DNA of 64,000 nucleotides from Eledone cirrhosa (GCA_964016885.1 OZ024746.1:70990001-71054000); one strand, 5' to 3'; shown: positions 41,931 through 55,836, counted from the first letter of the stretch. Translations and numbers: made by a program. Notes: generated by a model from the letters alone, not told the origin.

Positions 41931-43658
41931 CACTGACAACACCGAAACACCAATGCCACCACCACCCCCACCACCAACACTACCACCAACAACAACAACA
42001 ACACTACCACCAACAATACCTTTCTTCTCCAGGGGATGCTGACCATGATGGCACCACCCAATAACATGGGTATAGGTGGAGGGTGTCAATGGATGTGGGA
42101 GGGGTGGGGGGTGGTGACATCTAGCTACCTTGGCATCACTTTCCTCCTCCTCCCCATCCTCCTCCTCCATTTCCTCCTCTTCCCACCACCTTTTCCTTCT
42201 TTCTGGAAGACACAGAACAAATGAACAGACTAAGGTACACTATATAAAATAATAATAATAATAATAAATAATAATAATAATAATGACAGTGATAAAGAAA
42301 ATGAAGAAGAAAGAAAGAATCAATCAAAAACACCACCACCACCACCACCACCACCACCACCACCACCACCACCACCGCTAAAACATACACTTAACACCAC
42401 CACCACCAACACCACACATATATTAAATAATAATAATATACATTACCCAGAGGGTTCTTCCCTTCCCACTCCCCTCCACTCCCCCTCACACCCCCCTTAC
42501 TACTACCTTAACAGCTGGCTCAACATCCCCAAAATTAAACAAATTCAGCAGAATGAATAAATTAATATTAATAAATTGATATTATTATTATAATTATTAA
42601 TAATAATAATAATAATAATAATTGTTTCTATTTTTGGCACAAGGCCAGCAATTTGAAGGGAAGGGGGAAAGTCGATTTAAATTAATTCCAGCGCATTACT
42701 GGTACTTTATTTTATTATTATTAATAGTAATAATAATTTTTTTTTTATTAACCACAATGGTTTGCACAAGGATAATGCAATAAGCGTTATAAATATGTAG
42801 GTGAGAATGTATGCAAATTAAGGATATTATATAATAGATGAATTACAATATATACACCCACCAATTGTATGAATGTATGTATGAATATATATTATATATA
42901 TATATATGTATATATATATCCCACCCTTGCAAGCAGGGAAAAGTGGATCATCATCATTTTACGTCCGCTTTTCCCTGCTTGCAAGGGTGGATATATATAT
43001 ATAATGTGTGTGAAAAGTAAATGGAAAAAATCACAACAGATGAAGTACAATGAAGATATATATTAGTTTCATGCTTAATACAGTAGGAAAAGTCTTAATG
43101 TTTTGGGCGCTAGTCCTTCATCAGAAAAAGAAAAAACCAAAACGTTATATATAATCAAGGGTAGGGGCAAGGGTGTTATATAATAAATAACACAAAAAAT
43201 ATATATTATAAGATACTCCATGAAGGCAGTGGATTGGCAGAATCGTTAGTGTTGGACAAAATACCTTGTAATATTTGCGATATTTGTTCTGGCTTTTTAT
43301 GTTCCGTGTTCAAATCCTACTAAGGCCAACTTTGCCTTTCATTCTCCCAGCCAATTACTGGGAACGAGTTAATTGCCTTTTCACTTTGCTCAAAATTGCT
43401 GGCATTGTACTTCAATTAGAAACTGTTATAAAACATTCACAATAATTAACATACAATATAATATAAATCATGAAAAACATTTGGGGTTAATAATAATAAC
43501 TGACCAAACAACAAATTTGTGGTGGTGGGCAATGGAGAGCTAAAGCTTATTTTATTTCCTTCTCTAGTTCTTACTCTGTTCTTTCTCTTTTTCACTCTCT
43601 CACACTCACTGATCTCTCTTCTTCTCATTTCTCTCTTTCTCTCTCCCTTTCTTACTTA

Positions 43659-43697
<39 letters not shown>

Positions 43698-44834
43698 GAA
43701 AATACCTCAGTATTTATTCAAGCTCTCTGAGTTCAAATCTCACCGAGATCAACTTAGCTTTTCATGCTCTTGGAGTTGTTAAATAAAGTAGCAATCCAGG
43801 AGCGATGGATTTGCGGAATTGTTAAAGAACCAGCTTGGATGCTGTGTGGCATCTGCCCGGGCTCTCTGAGTGTTCTGAGTTCAAATCCCACTTCCTGCTA
43901 CCAGAAAAGCACTGATGCTTTTGTCAGGAGATGTGATTAACAGATACTATCAGCAATGGAATGATCAATGGACACATTGTTTCCTTGGTCTCATCAGGGA
44001 AAAGTGAATCTCTCTCTCTAATTATTTTATGGTCTCACACTCTCTCCATACCACCACTAACCACCCCTACGCCCACCTACCTCCCCCACCCGCCCCACCC
44101 CACCCATCCTGCCAATCTGACCACCATCCAATAAATTATTTAAAAAGGCCAAGAAATAAAAACAAACAAAAATATAAACGAAAACAAAAAGATTGAAATT
44201 CCTGTTTAAAAGAAAAAACAAACAAAAAAACAAGCTAAGACATCAAACAACAACAATAATTTAATTAACAATTAACTAAAGAAAGTAATAAAGACAATAA
44301 CAACAAGAACAGCAACAACAACAACATTGTGTAATCAAAGCAACTTTCTTTTTTTTTTTCCTATGCTTTGTCTGTTTTGTTTTTTTTTCTTCTCTAAAAA
44401 TTTGTTGTTTATTCCTGGTTTTGTTTATTTTGCTGTTGTTGTGGTTGTTGTTGTTGTTATTGTGAATGTTGTTACTGTTGTCGTTGTAGTTTAGTCTTGA
44501 GTCGGCTGGAATCCAGCCAGACCTATGATTAAATACATCCAAGCAATGGGTCATCCACATCATTTTGTTTTCAGGAATAATGTTATAGCATACCTTGGAC
44601 TACATTATTCAAAATGGCTCCTCCCCACTCTCACTTTTTGTTTAGGGTGATAGGAGTGTGGTTTGATCCCATGGTGTGTGGTTCTGGTCTGGTAGTTAGG
44701 CCACACACACACATACACACAGTGGACCAGAACAGGAGACCAAGGATAGCATTAAAATGGACACCAGCTGGATAATAAAAGTTTGGAGCACCAAAGAAAA
44801 GTTGAAGGTGAACTGAGAAATGTATTTTACATAG

Positions 44835-45165
44835 GTCAAGGTAGAGACATTTTCTAATGACTGGTCTTATATGGGACAAGTGACAGTTACTAAAGACTGG
44901 TCTTACATGAGACAAGGTAGAGAGAGTTGCTAAAGACTTGTCTTACATGGGGCACGATAGAGTTACGCGACGAGACTTGCTAAAGACTAGTCTTACATTG
45001 GACAAAGTAGAGAGAGTTACTAAAGACTGGTCTTATGTGGGACAAGAGACTGTTGGGAAAGGTAGAGACTGTTGCAAAAGACTGGTCTTACATGGGGAAA
45101 AGTAGAGAGAGTTGCTAAAAACAGGTCTTACATGGGGCAACATATAGAGAGTTATTAAAGACCAT
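44835..45165. repeat. ~36-38-bp minisatellite
   Basis: Repeating aaggtagagagagttgctaaagactggtcttacatgggac, about 8 units. Confidence 0.8.
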
Positions 45166-45949
45166 CTCAATAACATCAAAATAGCAAAGCAGTTTTTACC
45201 AGTTGGGAACAGCATTATAAATAAATCATCGTTGAAACCGATGATCTATCTATCTTATTGAACTAGAAGAGAATGTTGAAGAAGAAATCCCAGTTTACTT
45301 GGCTGTAAGTAATAAACACAGGTAGTAAAGCCATCAATGCAAGTAGTAGAACAGTATCAATGAGAAGGTATTTGTTAGTTTACAGTAGCAAGTTCAATTG
45401 TCTTTGTTAATGAAAAAAACTACTTGTGATTGATCAGTATTTTATATGATGGATTCTTCGTCGGTTTCAACAATGAACATTCAATTGTTTGATCAACTAA
45501 ACGTCTGACTTCAGAATGAACGTGTAGGTGACTGAGTATTCCATAGATACATATACTTTTAATGTATTTCCTAAGCTGAATCAGCACTACATTATGTAAC
45601 AAAGCTAAACTTTTGAATTACAAGTACAGTTCATCTCTCAGACGTCCACATAAGGCTTGAGGCCATATTAGGCATATACCCAAGATTCTACTCTGTGGAA
45701 TCGAATCCAACACTTCATGAAATGAACGTTTTGACCATTGAGTCACTCCTGTGTCCAGTATTCGACATATTGTAGCAGAGTTATGTACCCTTGATCAATG
45801 AGTACATTTGTCATTGGTCGAGGGTAGATAATTTTGCTTTAACAAGTTTGATGTAGAATAGTGTAAGTTTTTTTTTAGTATGTGTGTTCTGGCGTGTCAA
45901 GGCAAGACATCACCCCTTATATGTCTTTCAGTCAGCGATAGTGGTGGTG

Positions 45950-46380
45950 ATAGTCACCCGTTGCCAGGATGGCCGAAAACATAATGTCCAAAGCCATCCT
46001 CTATGGTGAGCTTACATGAGGAGCAAGGAAGACAGAACAAAACAATTCAAAGACAATCTTCAACAGACCCTGAAACACTACAAAATTCTATTTTCCATCT
46101 ACAGAGATACTACTCAGCATCTCCCTGAACTGTCTAAACTTAGCTCTTATCAAGTCACTGCAAACAGATACTAGCAAACTCTTACTACTCAGCCTTTTGA
46201 GCTATTTAAGCTTAGCTCTTAACAGGCCAGTGTGAGTAGAGACAGGTGCATTGTTTAGCAGCATCAGTGACAAATATCTGGTCTATTAGTGCAGCGTCTG
46301 CAGTCGACTTTGAGTCCTGTATTGGACTTTTCACCTGTGAATGTATCCATGAAGAGGAATGTCATCATTGAAATTAATGA
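45950..46380 (+). mobile_element. Decayed RTE/BovB-like LINE 3' fragment
   Basis: ARMAENIMSKAILYGEL...FKDNLQQTLK and a Cys-containing end; heavily degenerate. Confidence 0.5.
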
Positions 46381-46539
46381 ACTAGAAAAAAGTGGAGGGA
46401 GAATGATGGAGATTTTTTGACATCCTGAAATTAAAGTCCACAAAATATATTCAACATTTTATTTAATGTTAAATTTTAAATGTCATATTGAGAAACTGTG
46501 CTCTCTCTTCAAATCCTGCCAAAATCTACTTTGCCTTAA

Positions 46540-46747
46540 CCCTTTAGCATTTACATTACTCAATATTTTTTATTATATTTTCACAGCAAAGGCTTTATCT
46601 CGCATAATATTGAATCTATGAGATTTTGTTATAATTTATTTTGAGAACAATACTTTAACATCAGTATGAGCGGTTGGTTACAGCTGGTTTGAACAGAAAG
46701 AGGTGAGAGAATTCTGGCTGGATACAGCTGGTTTAAATGCTAAAGGG
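46540..46747. mobile_element. piggyBac-type MITE, same family
   Basis: TTAA|ccctttagcattta...taaatgctaaaggg|TTAA with perfect 14-bp TIR; lies inside a SINE remnant. Confidence 0.88.
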
Positions 46748-47717
46748 TTAAATCTTTTGGGGGTTGATAAAGTATCAGCACAGTGCTGGTGCATACCTCT
46801 CTGCTTCTAGGTAGATGTTCCACTACATGAAATGAGGGTGCCTGAGTCTGTTCGTAACTGCTTGGGCACTTAAAACCCTTAGTGAAAACATTGTACATAT
46901 TACCAAGTTACACACAATTGTGAGTGATGGCTGTTATAGTTTTCACATTTAGAAAAATATAACCAGTTTTTTCAACACAGTCACCCAACACTTTAATCAA
47001 ATTAATATACACATCTAGCACTTTAATCAATTTACATAAATACCCAACAATTTAATTAATTAATTAACATAAACAATCAAAGAAGAAAATAAATATTTGA
47101 GAGAATTGGTGCAGAAATAACACTGAAATCAATCAGATAAATCAATACATGAAAGATCATTTATATGTATAGTTAATAGGAAGTATTGTGAGATATGTAA
47201 TAGGTGATAGATGAGAATTTCAGAAAGCTGTATAATGTAGAAATATATAAAGGGCAAAGGATAACAAATAAAACAAAACAAAGAAATGTATTTTACCCAA
47301 TGTATTTCAGGGTTAGGATCTTCTTTTCAAATCCCAAACAAAAACAATGCATTTTTCCTTAACTGGTTCAAGAAAAGAGAGCCCTAGCCTTGAAACATAC
47401 TGGGTAAAATACATTAGTTTGTTTTTTATTTGTCATCCATTTCCCTTTATATATTTCTACTGCATTGTAGAGGCTTTCTGAAGTTCTCATCTATCAACTA
47501 TTACACACACCATGCATACATATATACACACACACACTTTTATCCAAATATTAGCTCTATAGGTGGATTATGTTTCAAGCTGCGTCTGATTGATAAAAAA
47601 CCTAAAACAGTTGATTGTATATATTTTCTCTTTAACCTCTTTTTATTTATACATGTCTTAGTTGGTTAATGAAACCTTAAAACCTAAATGTCCTGAGAAT
47701 CTTACCATTACCAAACA

Positions 47718-48437
47718 CTATGATCTCTCTTCATTATGTAGTTCTTCATGGAACATTAAAATACTTCTGTGTGAGAAAGTTTTATCACAGATTTCACACT
47801 GGTAAGTTTTACTGTTGATATGAGACCACTTGTGTTCAGTTAAGTTACTCTTCCGAGAGAAAACTTTGCCACAGTCTTTACAACTGAAGGTGTTTACCCC
47901 TGCATGCATTCTTCTATGGCGTGTAAGGTGACCATTCTGTGAGAACGTTTTATCACAAATTTCACAGAAGTATGGCTTCTCTCCGGTATGTATTCGTCTG
48001 TGACGAGACAAGGAGTTGTCGACTGAGAATGATTTGCCACAGATTTCACACTGGTATGGTTTCTCGTGTGTATGGATTCTCTTGTGTCGGACCAAGTGGA
48101 TGTTCTGGGAGAAAGTCTTTTTGCAGATGTCACAGAAATATGGTTTCTCTCCAGTGTGGATACGTCTGTGACGAAACAACGAACTGTTAACAGAGAAATT
48201 CTTGCCACAAACCTCGCAAGGGTAGGGTTTCTCACCTGTGTGAACTCGGATGTGCTTAAACAGGTCGTTGTTTCGGGAAAAGGTTTTGCCACAGATTTCA
48301 CAATGAAACCATTTCTTCTTAGAAGGAATCGACTTCTCTTCTGGTGCTGCCAGACCACCTGAAGAAAATATTTCATTGTGGTGCAGTTTGGCACTGCTGT
48401 CATAAGATTCTTCATTATTATCTGGCTCAGAATGCAT
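47718..48437 (-). CDS. C2H2 zinc finger protein, 7 tandem fingers, 239 aa
   Basis: Seven CxxC-x12-HxxxH repeats with TGEKPY-type linkers; intact ATG-to-TAG ORF. Confidence 0.92.
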   Translation of the reverse strand: MHSEPDNNEESYDSSAKLHHNEIFSSGGLAAPEEKSIPSKKKWFHCEICGKTFSRNNDLFKHIRVHTGEKPYPCEVCGKNFSVNSSLFRHRRIHTGEKPYFCDICKKTFSQNIHLVRHKRIHTHEKPYQCEICGKSFSVDNSLSRHRRIHTGEKPYFCEICDKTFSQNGHLTRHRRMHAGVNTFSCKDCGKVFSRKSNLTEHKWSHINSKTYQCEICDKTFSHRSILMFHEELHNEERS

Positions 48438-49894
48438 TTTTTAGTGTTTAGTTCCAATTCTTTGACAATACAACATGACGTGTTGGAGCAGAACTCTATA
48501 TATACATATATATATACATTTTACATTTTAACGTGTTTGAAAAAAAAAAAGGAATAAAGATATTTAAATCTCATAGCCAACCGCCAATGTTTTAAAATAT
48601 TAACAATGAACAACAAAACTCATGTAAATAGGAAGACAGAGAAGCAGAATTGTAACAATAATCGATTACAGTTCAATATGTGTCAAATAATGATAATTGA
48701 TTGATGTGATTTATAATAGAGCAAAGAGTAGAAATCACAGATTAATAGGTATTTGCCATTAAGCTTTGAATGCATCAAACAAGTTATGTAATTGGATATC
48801 AACGGCAATGGTAATTATAGTTTAACAGGTGTTTGGTGTAAGGGTTGAATACATCAAACAATTTCAGATTAATTGGAGATCAGCAGCAATTAATTATTGA
48901 TCAACATGATCTTGGTGTGAGGTTAGGATATATGAAACAAGTTGGATAATTGGAGATCAACAGCAATGGAAATCAAATGTCTAAGAGCAAAGAAAGGGAA
49001 AGCTTTGTGATGATATCTAAAGTTTGAAACTCATGAGATGTCCAGCAAAAAGAGTGGGTAAGTACTTTAATGTGAAGGTAGCTTAGAGTCACAAACCCCA
49101 GCAAATAAGGGATCAAGTTTATGTGTGCCTCAATAATATGATTTTGTGTTCCATAGTATATGGAGGTTGAAAGTAAGTTTCACTGCAGAAAAGAAGTCAC
49201 CAACCAGTTGAGGCAAAACAGGTGTTGACTTAAGGGCTTAGAGTTTATATCCTTTCACTGACAAAGCTCTGTGTTCATGTCCAGAATATTTTACCCTGTA
49301 TAAATATGTTATCATAAATAAAAAAACAAATCATTAAAATAAGTACCAGGAACAGTGTATTATTAACAAGTGTTTTGGTAGCTTGTAGTGCTGTATAGAG
49401 TTTAAATATTTTAGTGGGTTTAACCATTTCATGATTGTATTTCTCATGAAATCAATAAATGAAGAAGTTTGAGGGATTTACTAAAATTATTATTTATTTC
49501 ATAACTTAACATATGGGTCTTAAATAAAATCATGTTAGAAGATTTTGATTTAAATAGGAAACTTTCAAAATTTTTTTTATTTTTTTCAATTCAACCAGAG
49601 CTGAGCTGGGTAGTTTGGTACCAAAAGGATTCAGCTATGATAAAACCACAGAGTGGCCCCACTTACAAACATCCCCTCCCCCAACACACTAAACAAAATG
49701 TAAAATGAATTCTAGAAGGATCAAGAACAGAGCTTTGCAAATGTTTCACATCGGTGACACTTTTTACAAAAGAAATTTCATAACGATCTGCTTGGTTTCT
49801 TCACCGTGTTAGATTTAACCGTTTGGGTGGTAATTAACTGCAATGAAAAGAAAACAAATGAGATGAAATCATCAATTAGGAGATAATAGTAATA

Positions 49895-52704
49895 ATGATT
49901 TTTACTATAGCCAGCAATTTGGGGAGGGGGCAAAGTCGATTAAATCGACCCCCAGTGCATTACTAGTGCTTTATTTTATTGACCCCGTAAGGATGAAAGG
50001 CTGAGTTAACCTCGGCAAGATTTGAACTCAACATAAGGGCCACAAACTCTATGCTGCAAATCACGTCCGACGCTCTGCCGATAATGGTTTCTGATTTAAG
50101 CACAAAGTCAATAATTTTGGGGGAGGAGAAAGTCAATTAAATTGACCCCAGTGCATGACTTTATTTTATCGACCCTGTAAAGATGAAAGGCAAAATAATA
50201 AGAATGCTTTCTTTATTAGCCACACAGGGCTGACATTAAGCAAACAATAAGGACAGTACAGGACGTTACAATGTGGGATTTTGTATGTAAAAAATTATAA
50301 CAAAAACTAAAATAAATTACACATTTAAAAAATGATTTCAAATTTTGGTACAAAGCCAGCATTTTAGGGGAAGAGAAAATCGATTAAATTGATCCCAGAA
50401 CTTTACTTGTACTTTATTTTATTAACCATTGAAAGCTAAAAGGCAAAGTTGACCATGGCAGGATTTAAATTCAAAACATCATCACTGCTAAAGATTTGTC
50501 TGATGCTCTAACGACTCAGCCAATCTACCGAATAAAAAGGCTATGGTGAATGCAGAGAAAAAAGTTGTTTAATTGAATCAGTAAGAATTATCTGGAAAGT
50601 CCTTGACACAAAATGAGAACAGCTATGAACAGTTTGGAGGGATCTTAAAAGGAGGAGAAAGGACAAGAATGTATCTCATTTTAGACCATGGGTTGTGGTA
50701 TAATAGGAAGTTTGCTTATACTGGCCAAAACACCAGTACTATAAAACAACAATTATTGTTTCTGATTTAAGCACAAGGCCAGCAGTTTTTTGTGGAGGGG
50801 AAAGAGATTAAATCGACCCCAGTGTGTGACTGGTACTTTATTTTATCGACCCCATAAGAATGAAAGGCAAAGCTAACGTTGGTGAGATTTGAAATCAGAA
50901 CATAAACAGCTGTAACTCTATGACATGAAGCTGTGTACCCGATGCTCTACCAATTCTGCCAATCTACATAGTAATGATAACAATAATAATTTCTTGTATT
51001 GAATGCAAGAGCTGAAGATGTTGGGGACAATACAAGAGTGAAATATATAGGAAAGTAACAAGGAACTGTGGGTGCATGAGGAGGGTGGGTGGGTGAGTGT
51101 AGCATTAACAATAAATAGGGCACATCATCATCATCCTACTACATGTTTTTCCATATTTGCATGTGTTGGACGGGTCTTTTCCAGCATAATATCCTTCCAT
51201 TTATTATGGTCCTTTATCATCTACTCTGAATTTTAGTGATTTAGGATTATCTCTCATCATTTCTGTCTAGGTCTACCTTGGTCTTTCTCTACTGCAGCTT
51301 CCTACTACTAGGATTTCTTGGCACTTCTTCATCTATATGCACCACATGTCCATACCAGTACAGTCTTCTTTCATGCTCACTATTTCTGATATACTTTTCT
51401 CTTATACCCAGTTTTTCTCTTAGCTCATCCAAGCTTTGTTAATATTGGTTTCTGATTTAGGCACTAGGCCAACGATTTTGGAGGAGAGGAAAATCGATTA
51501 AATCGACCCCAGTACGTTACTGGTGCTTATTTTATCGACCCCATAAGGATGAAAGTCAAATCTAACCTTGGCAGGATTTGAACTCAGATCGTAAAGTGGG
51601 GTAACTCTATGCCATAAAGCATATTACGCACCTATCGGAGCATGCTTGGGATACAGGAAAAAGAATCACCCAAAATGCGGGGAGGAACAATATAGGGTGA
51701 TTCAAGCCAACAAAAACCCTGAATAATTGTTTCTAACATAGGCAGAAGACCAGGATTTTGGGGTCAATTGTATTGACCCTAAAACAAATAATAACAATAA
51801 CACCACTACCACCCCTATCACACCAACACTACAACAACACCACAAACAACAATAACGCCGCTATCACACCAACATTAACGTCACTATAACCCCAAGAACA
51901 CCACCTCCAACAACACCACTATCACACCAACACTACAATTCCACTATCATACCAACACCAATACTACAACCACACTACCACCAACAACGTCATTATCACA
52001 CCACCACCACAACACCATCATCAACAACACCAACAACACCAATACCACAACACCACCACCACTACCACACCCCAATAACACCACCACCACTATCATCAGT
52101 AGAATAATTGTTTCTACTTTTGGCACAAGGCCAGCAATTTGAAGGGGGGGTGTGTGTCGGGGGGGGGGGGGTCGATTAAATCGACCCTAGTGCTTTACTG
52201 GTACTTTATTTTATCGATCCCGTAAGGATGAAAGGTAAAGCTAACCACAGTGGGATTTGAAATCAGAACGCAAAGGGCCGTAACACTATATGGAAGCATG
52301 GTGCTCGGCGCTCTGCCGATACTGCCAAGAATAATAATTTCAAATTTAAGCACAAGGCCAGTAATTCTTTGAGGTGAGAGGGAGGGAGGGAGAGTGGATT
52401 AAATCGACCCCAGTTCGTGACTGGTACTTTATTTTATCGACCTCAGAAGACTGAAATGCAAAGATGGCCTCAGCGTGATTTGAACTCAGAATGAACAGAA
52501 CTGGAACAAATGCTGCAAAGCCTACTATCCGACGCTCTACCGATTCTGCCAACCCACCCTTCCATCAGTGGAATAACAACAACAATAACAATAGCAACAA
52601 TAAATATGACAAAAGAAAAGATGAAAAATGATTACCCTCATTCTTCACCCAAACTAACAAATTCCATTGAACAAATATCTATAGCTTACCTTTAATCTTT
52701 TTCT

Positions 52705-52737
<33 letters not shown>

Positions 52738-54420
52738 AAAGTAGTGGTGGTAGTGGTGGTAGTTGTGGTAATAGTAATTGTGATGGTAGTAGTTGTATGA
52801 GTGATATTAACAGCAGTAGTGGTTCTGGTGCTAGTAGTAGTAATATTTGTTGTTGTTGCAATAGTAGATGTAAGATTCCAGATTTCACATAAACCAAATA
52901 TTCATCCAATTGTTGTTGTTGTTTAACCACAGGTCAGACAGCCTGATCGAGATATCGGAGGACGCAAGTCTTTCCACACATGACCATCTCATCTCGTCTT
53001 TATACATATATATATATATATAGACAACATTGTCTAATGTGTTCTTCATTTAACATGACAATGCGTTGTAATTTGAGGAAGATTTGCCGCTATGTCTAGC
53101 CTATCAAGTAACTACGTATAGGCTGGCTCGTTGTTTAGGACCACGCGAGCCTTGATCCAGTAGACCTATGTTTAAAGATGTTCCAGTCGTGCCCATCCAG
53201 TTTTTTATATTCAGACATAGTCTATCTAGGATTACGTTCTTCAATACGTCTCCTTTCTTTTTTTTAGGCATTAAGATGTGATTCGAGGGAGACATAGCTG
53301 ATATTTCTAGCACACCAAGTGATCATGTAGAGATTCCCTCGTCTTGATGTTATTGTTGCTGTAATTGAAATGGCTGTTGATGTTTTGACTGCTATTATTA
53401 TTGTTGTTGTTTAGCCTTTGGCAAATCCTACGTGTTTAGCCCTATGGTCAGAGACATTCCAGTCGTGGCTGTTCCATCTTTTAATCAGGCAAAATTATAT
53501 ATGATTATGTCATCTAATGCATCTTCTCTTTAGTTTGGATGCTAGAGTGTTTTAAGGGGAATTTAGCTGCGATAATTAGCAACTCGAACGACCCTGAAGT
53601 GGCTCGCTTATTTGTTGTCTTATTCAACATCAGTCTTTCTCCCTTGCAACAATAACAACCACGACAATGACAACAACTACAACTGCAAAACAGAAACTAC
53701 AGCGTAGGCTAAACTAAACTATACATCATATCAATGACAACTAACCGATAAATTACGTATTAAAATCAATATACAATTTCATAAAATATGATAAATTTGA
53801 AAAAAATTATCGGCGTGAAAAGATCCCGTCTAAATGTCTAAACTCACTCTACTGGATTGGCATTAAAAAAAAAAACCTTAGAAATTTTATTTTATTTATT
53901 TGCCGATCGCAGCAGAATCGATAAAATAACATTTATTCAAGCATGATAGTCAATAATTTATTTAATAAGATTTACCTCCCTTATTAACATGAGTTATGTC
54001 CCTTACAATAATTTCGGTTCATGACCTGTTGTGTTGATCAAAAATCGGAAATATGCGGCTCTGGCCGTATGGCCAAACAACATCCACTATGACGGGAGGA
54101 CAACATTGAGTTAATGGAGTTTAATAGACAAGCACAATGATGTAACAACGGACGAGGGTGGAAATAAATCCTTATTCGATGGGATTTTGAATCTTATCTG
54201 AAATTGCTTCAACTAATAATAATTGTTTCTACTTTTGGCACAAGGCCAGCAATAATCCCAGTGCATTACTGGTACTTTATTTTATCGACCCCGTAAGTAT
54301 GAAAGACAAAGTTGACCTCGGCGGGATTTGAACTCAGAATGGAAAGGGCCGTAACTCTATGCCTCAAAGTATGACGTCCGACCCTCTACCAATACTGCCA
54401 ATCCACCGCCTTATACTAAT
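49895..54420 (-). mobile_element. Cluster of about eight family A SINE copies, same orientation
   Basis: Copies near 49895, 50083, 50330, 50750, 51443, 52103, 52333 and 54218, each with ggcacaaggccagcaatt...ttttatcgacc...gatgaaaggcaaag; most also have ggatttgaactcagaa. Confidence 0.8.
51122..51440 (-). mobile_element. RTE-type LINE 3' fragment
   Basis: Reverse strand similar to 23000-23445; (CAT)n at the left end. Confidence 0.55.
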
Positions 54421-54906
54421 AATAATGGTTTTTGATTTAGGCACAAGAACAATTTCCAGTGCCAAGAAGAATAGCTCTAAGCCTTAGATAACTAAAAATG
54501 AGTACCATAAAATCAGGTTATTTAACCTGATTGTAATGCCTACGCCATTTTTCTACAATACAATACAATACAATACAATACAATACAATAGGAGGGAACA
54601 TAATAATACTACCACTGATGATGTTGCAAATGTGCAACGAAAGAACATTGATAGACTATATATATATATTTATATCTGTATTTTTAACCGTTGATCAATC
54701 AATGATAATCGTTGATTGCCAAATAAATTAACTATGGAGATATAAAAGATACAGAAGCGAAAACCAACCAAACAGTGAGTGTGTTCTGTTATTATTTCTG
54801 GCAATATTGTTAATAAAGTACCAGTAATGCACTGGGTAATTGCTGGCCTTGTGCCAAAAGTAGAAATAATATTATTACAACAATATGACCCTCCCCAAGT
54901 ATAACA

Positions 54907-54948
<42 letters not shown>

Positions 54949-54953
<5 letters not shown>

Positions 54954-55139
54954 AACGAGTAGGACCCCGACGGCTGAGCTCAAGCCGTTTCGACGCTAAT
55001 TCTGTCCAGAATTAGCCGTCGAAACGGGTTGAGCTCAGCCGTCAGGGTCCTACTCGTTCCTATTACCCACTCTACTACCCTAAGTATTGAGTACTTTGGT
55101 GCGTTATGGTCCACCTGGTTCCTTACCACATTTCTTCCG

Positions 55140-55141
<2 letters not shown>
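54949..55141 (+). mobile_element. (TA)n-embedded short element with a 5' inverted duplication (Penelope-like pLTR remnant)
   Basis: About 55-bp near-perfect palindromic arms 54949-55004 / 55007-55063; same family at 25309-25465 and 26860-26920. Confidence 0.6.
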
Positions 55142-55185
<44 letters not shown>

Positions 55186-55366
55186 AGGTGTATTATTGGT
55201 TGTGTCATACGGTCCAATAAACTTTTGTTAGCAATATTAAGTTCTCCACGCTTTTGTATATCTCCAGTTCCATTTATGGGAACAGCTAGATGATGAGAGA
55301 CTAAACTTTGTGAGTGAACACCGTTAATTTTCTCCCTCATATCAAGGATTTGAAGACAATTCATTT

Positions 55367-55440
55367 TCACCTGACGAGTTCAGTGATAATCGATCATGGT
55401 TACACGATCGATCTATCTCTTATTGAAACATGTGACGTGA
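55367..55440 (+). ncRNA. Degenerate hammerhead-like motif
   Basis: tcac-CTGACGA-(long stem II with atcgatc/gatcgat)-GAAA-catgtg-ac-gtga; the U of the UH cleavage site is replaced by A. Confidence 0.5.
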
Positions 55441-55543
55441 TTAAAATGATTGTAAATTTATACCATGCCTTCGGATCTTTATTTTGATATAGATATATAT
55501 ATATATACATATATATATGTATATATATATGTGTAAATATATA

Positions 55544-55662
<119 letters not shown>

Positions 55663-55765
55663 TTATTAAAATAACAGATTAAAGTTTAAGCAAAGAATCG
55701 CTGCTTGGATTTTAGTCTTCACATTTATTATTATTACTATATATATATATGTATATGTATGTATG

Positions 55766-55836
<71 letters not shown>

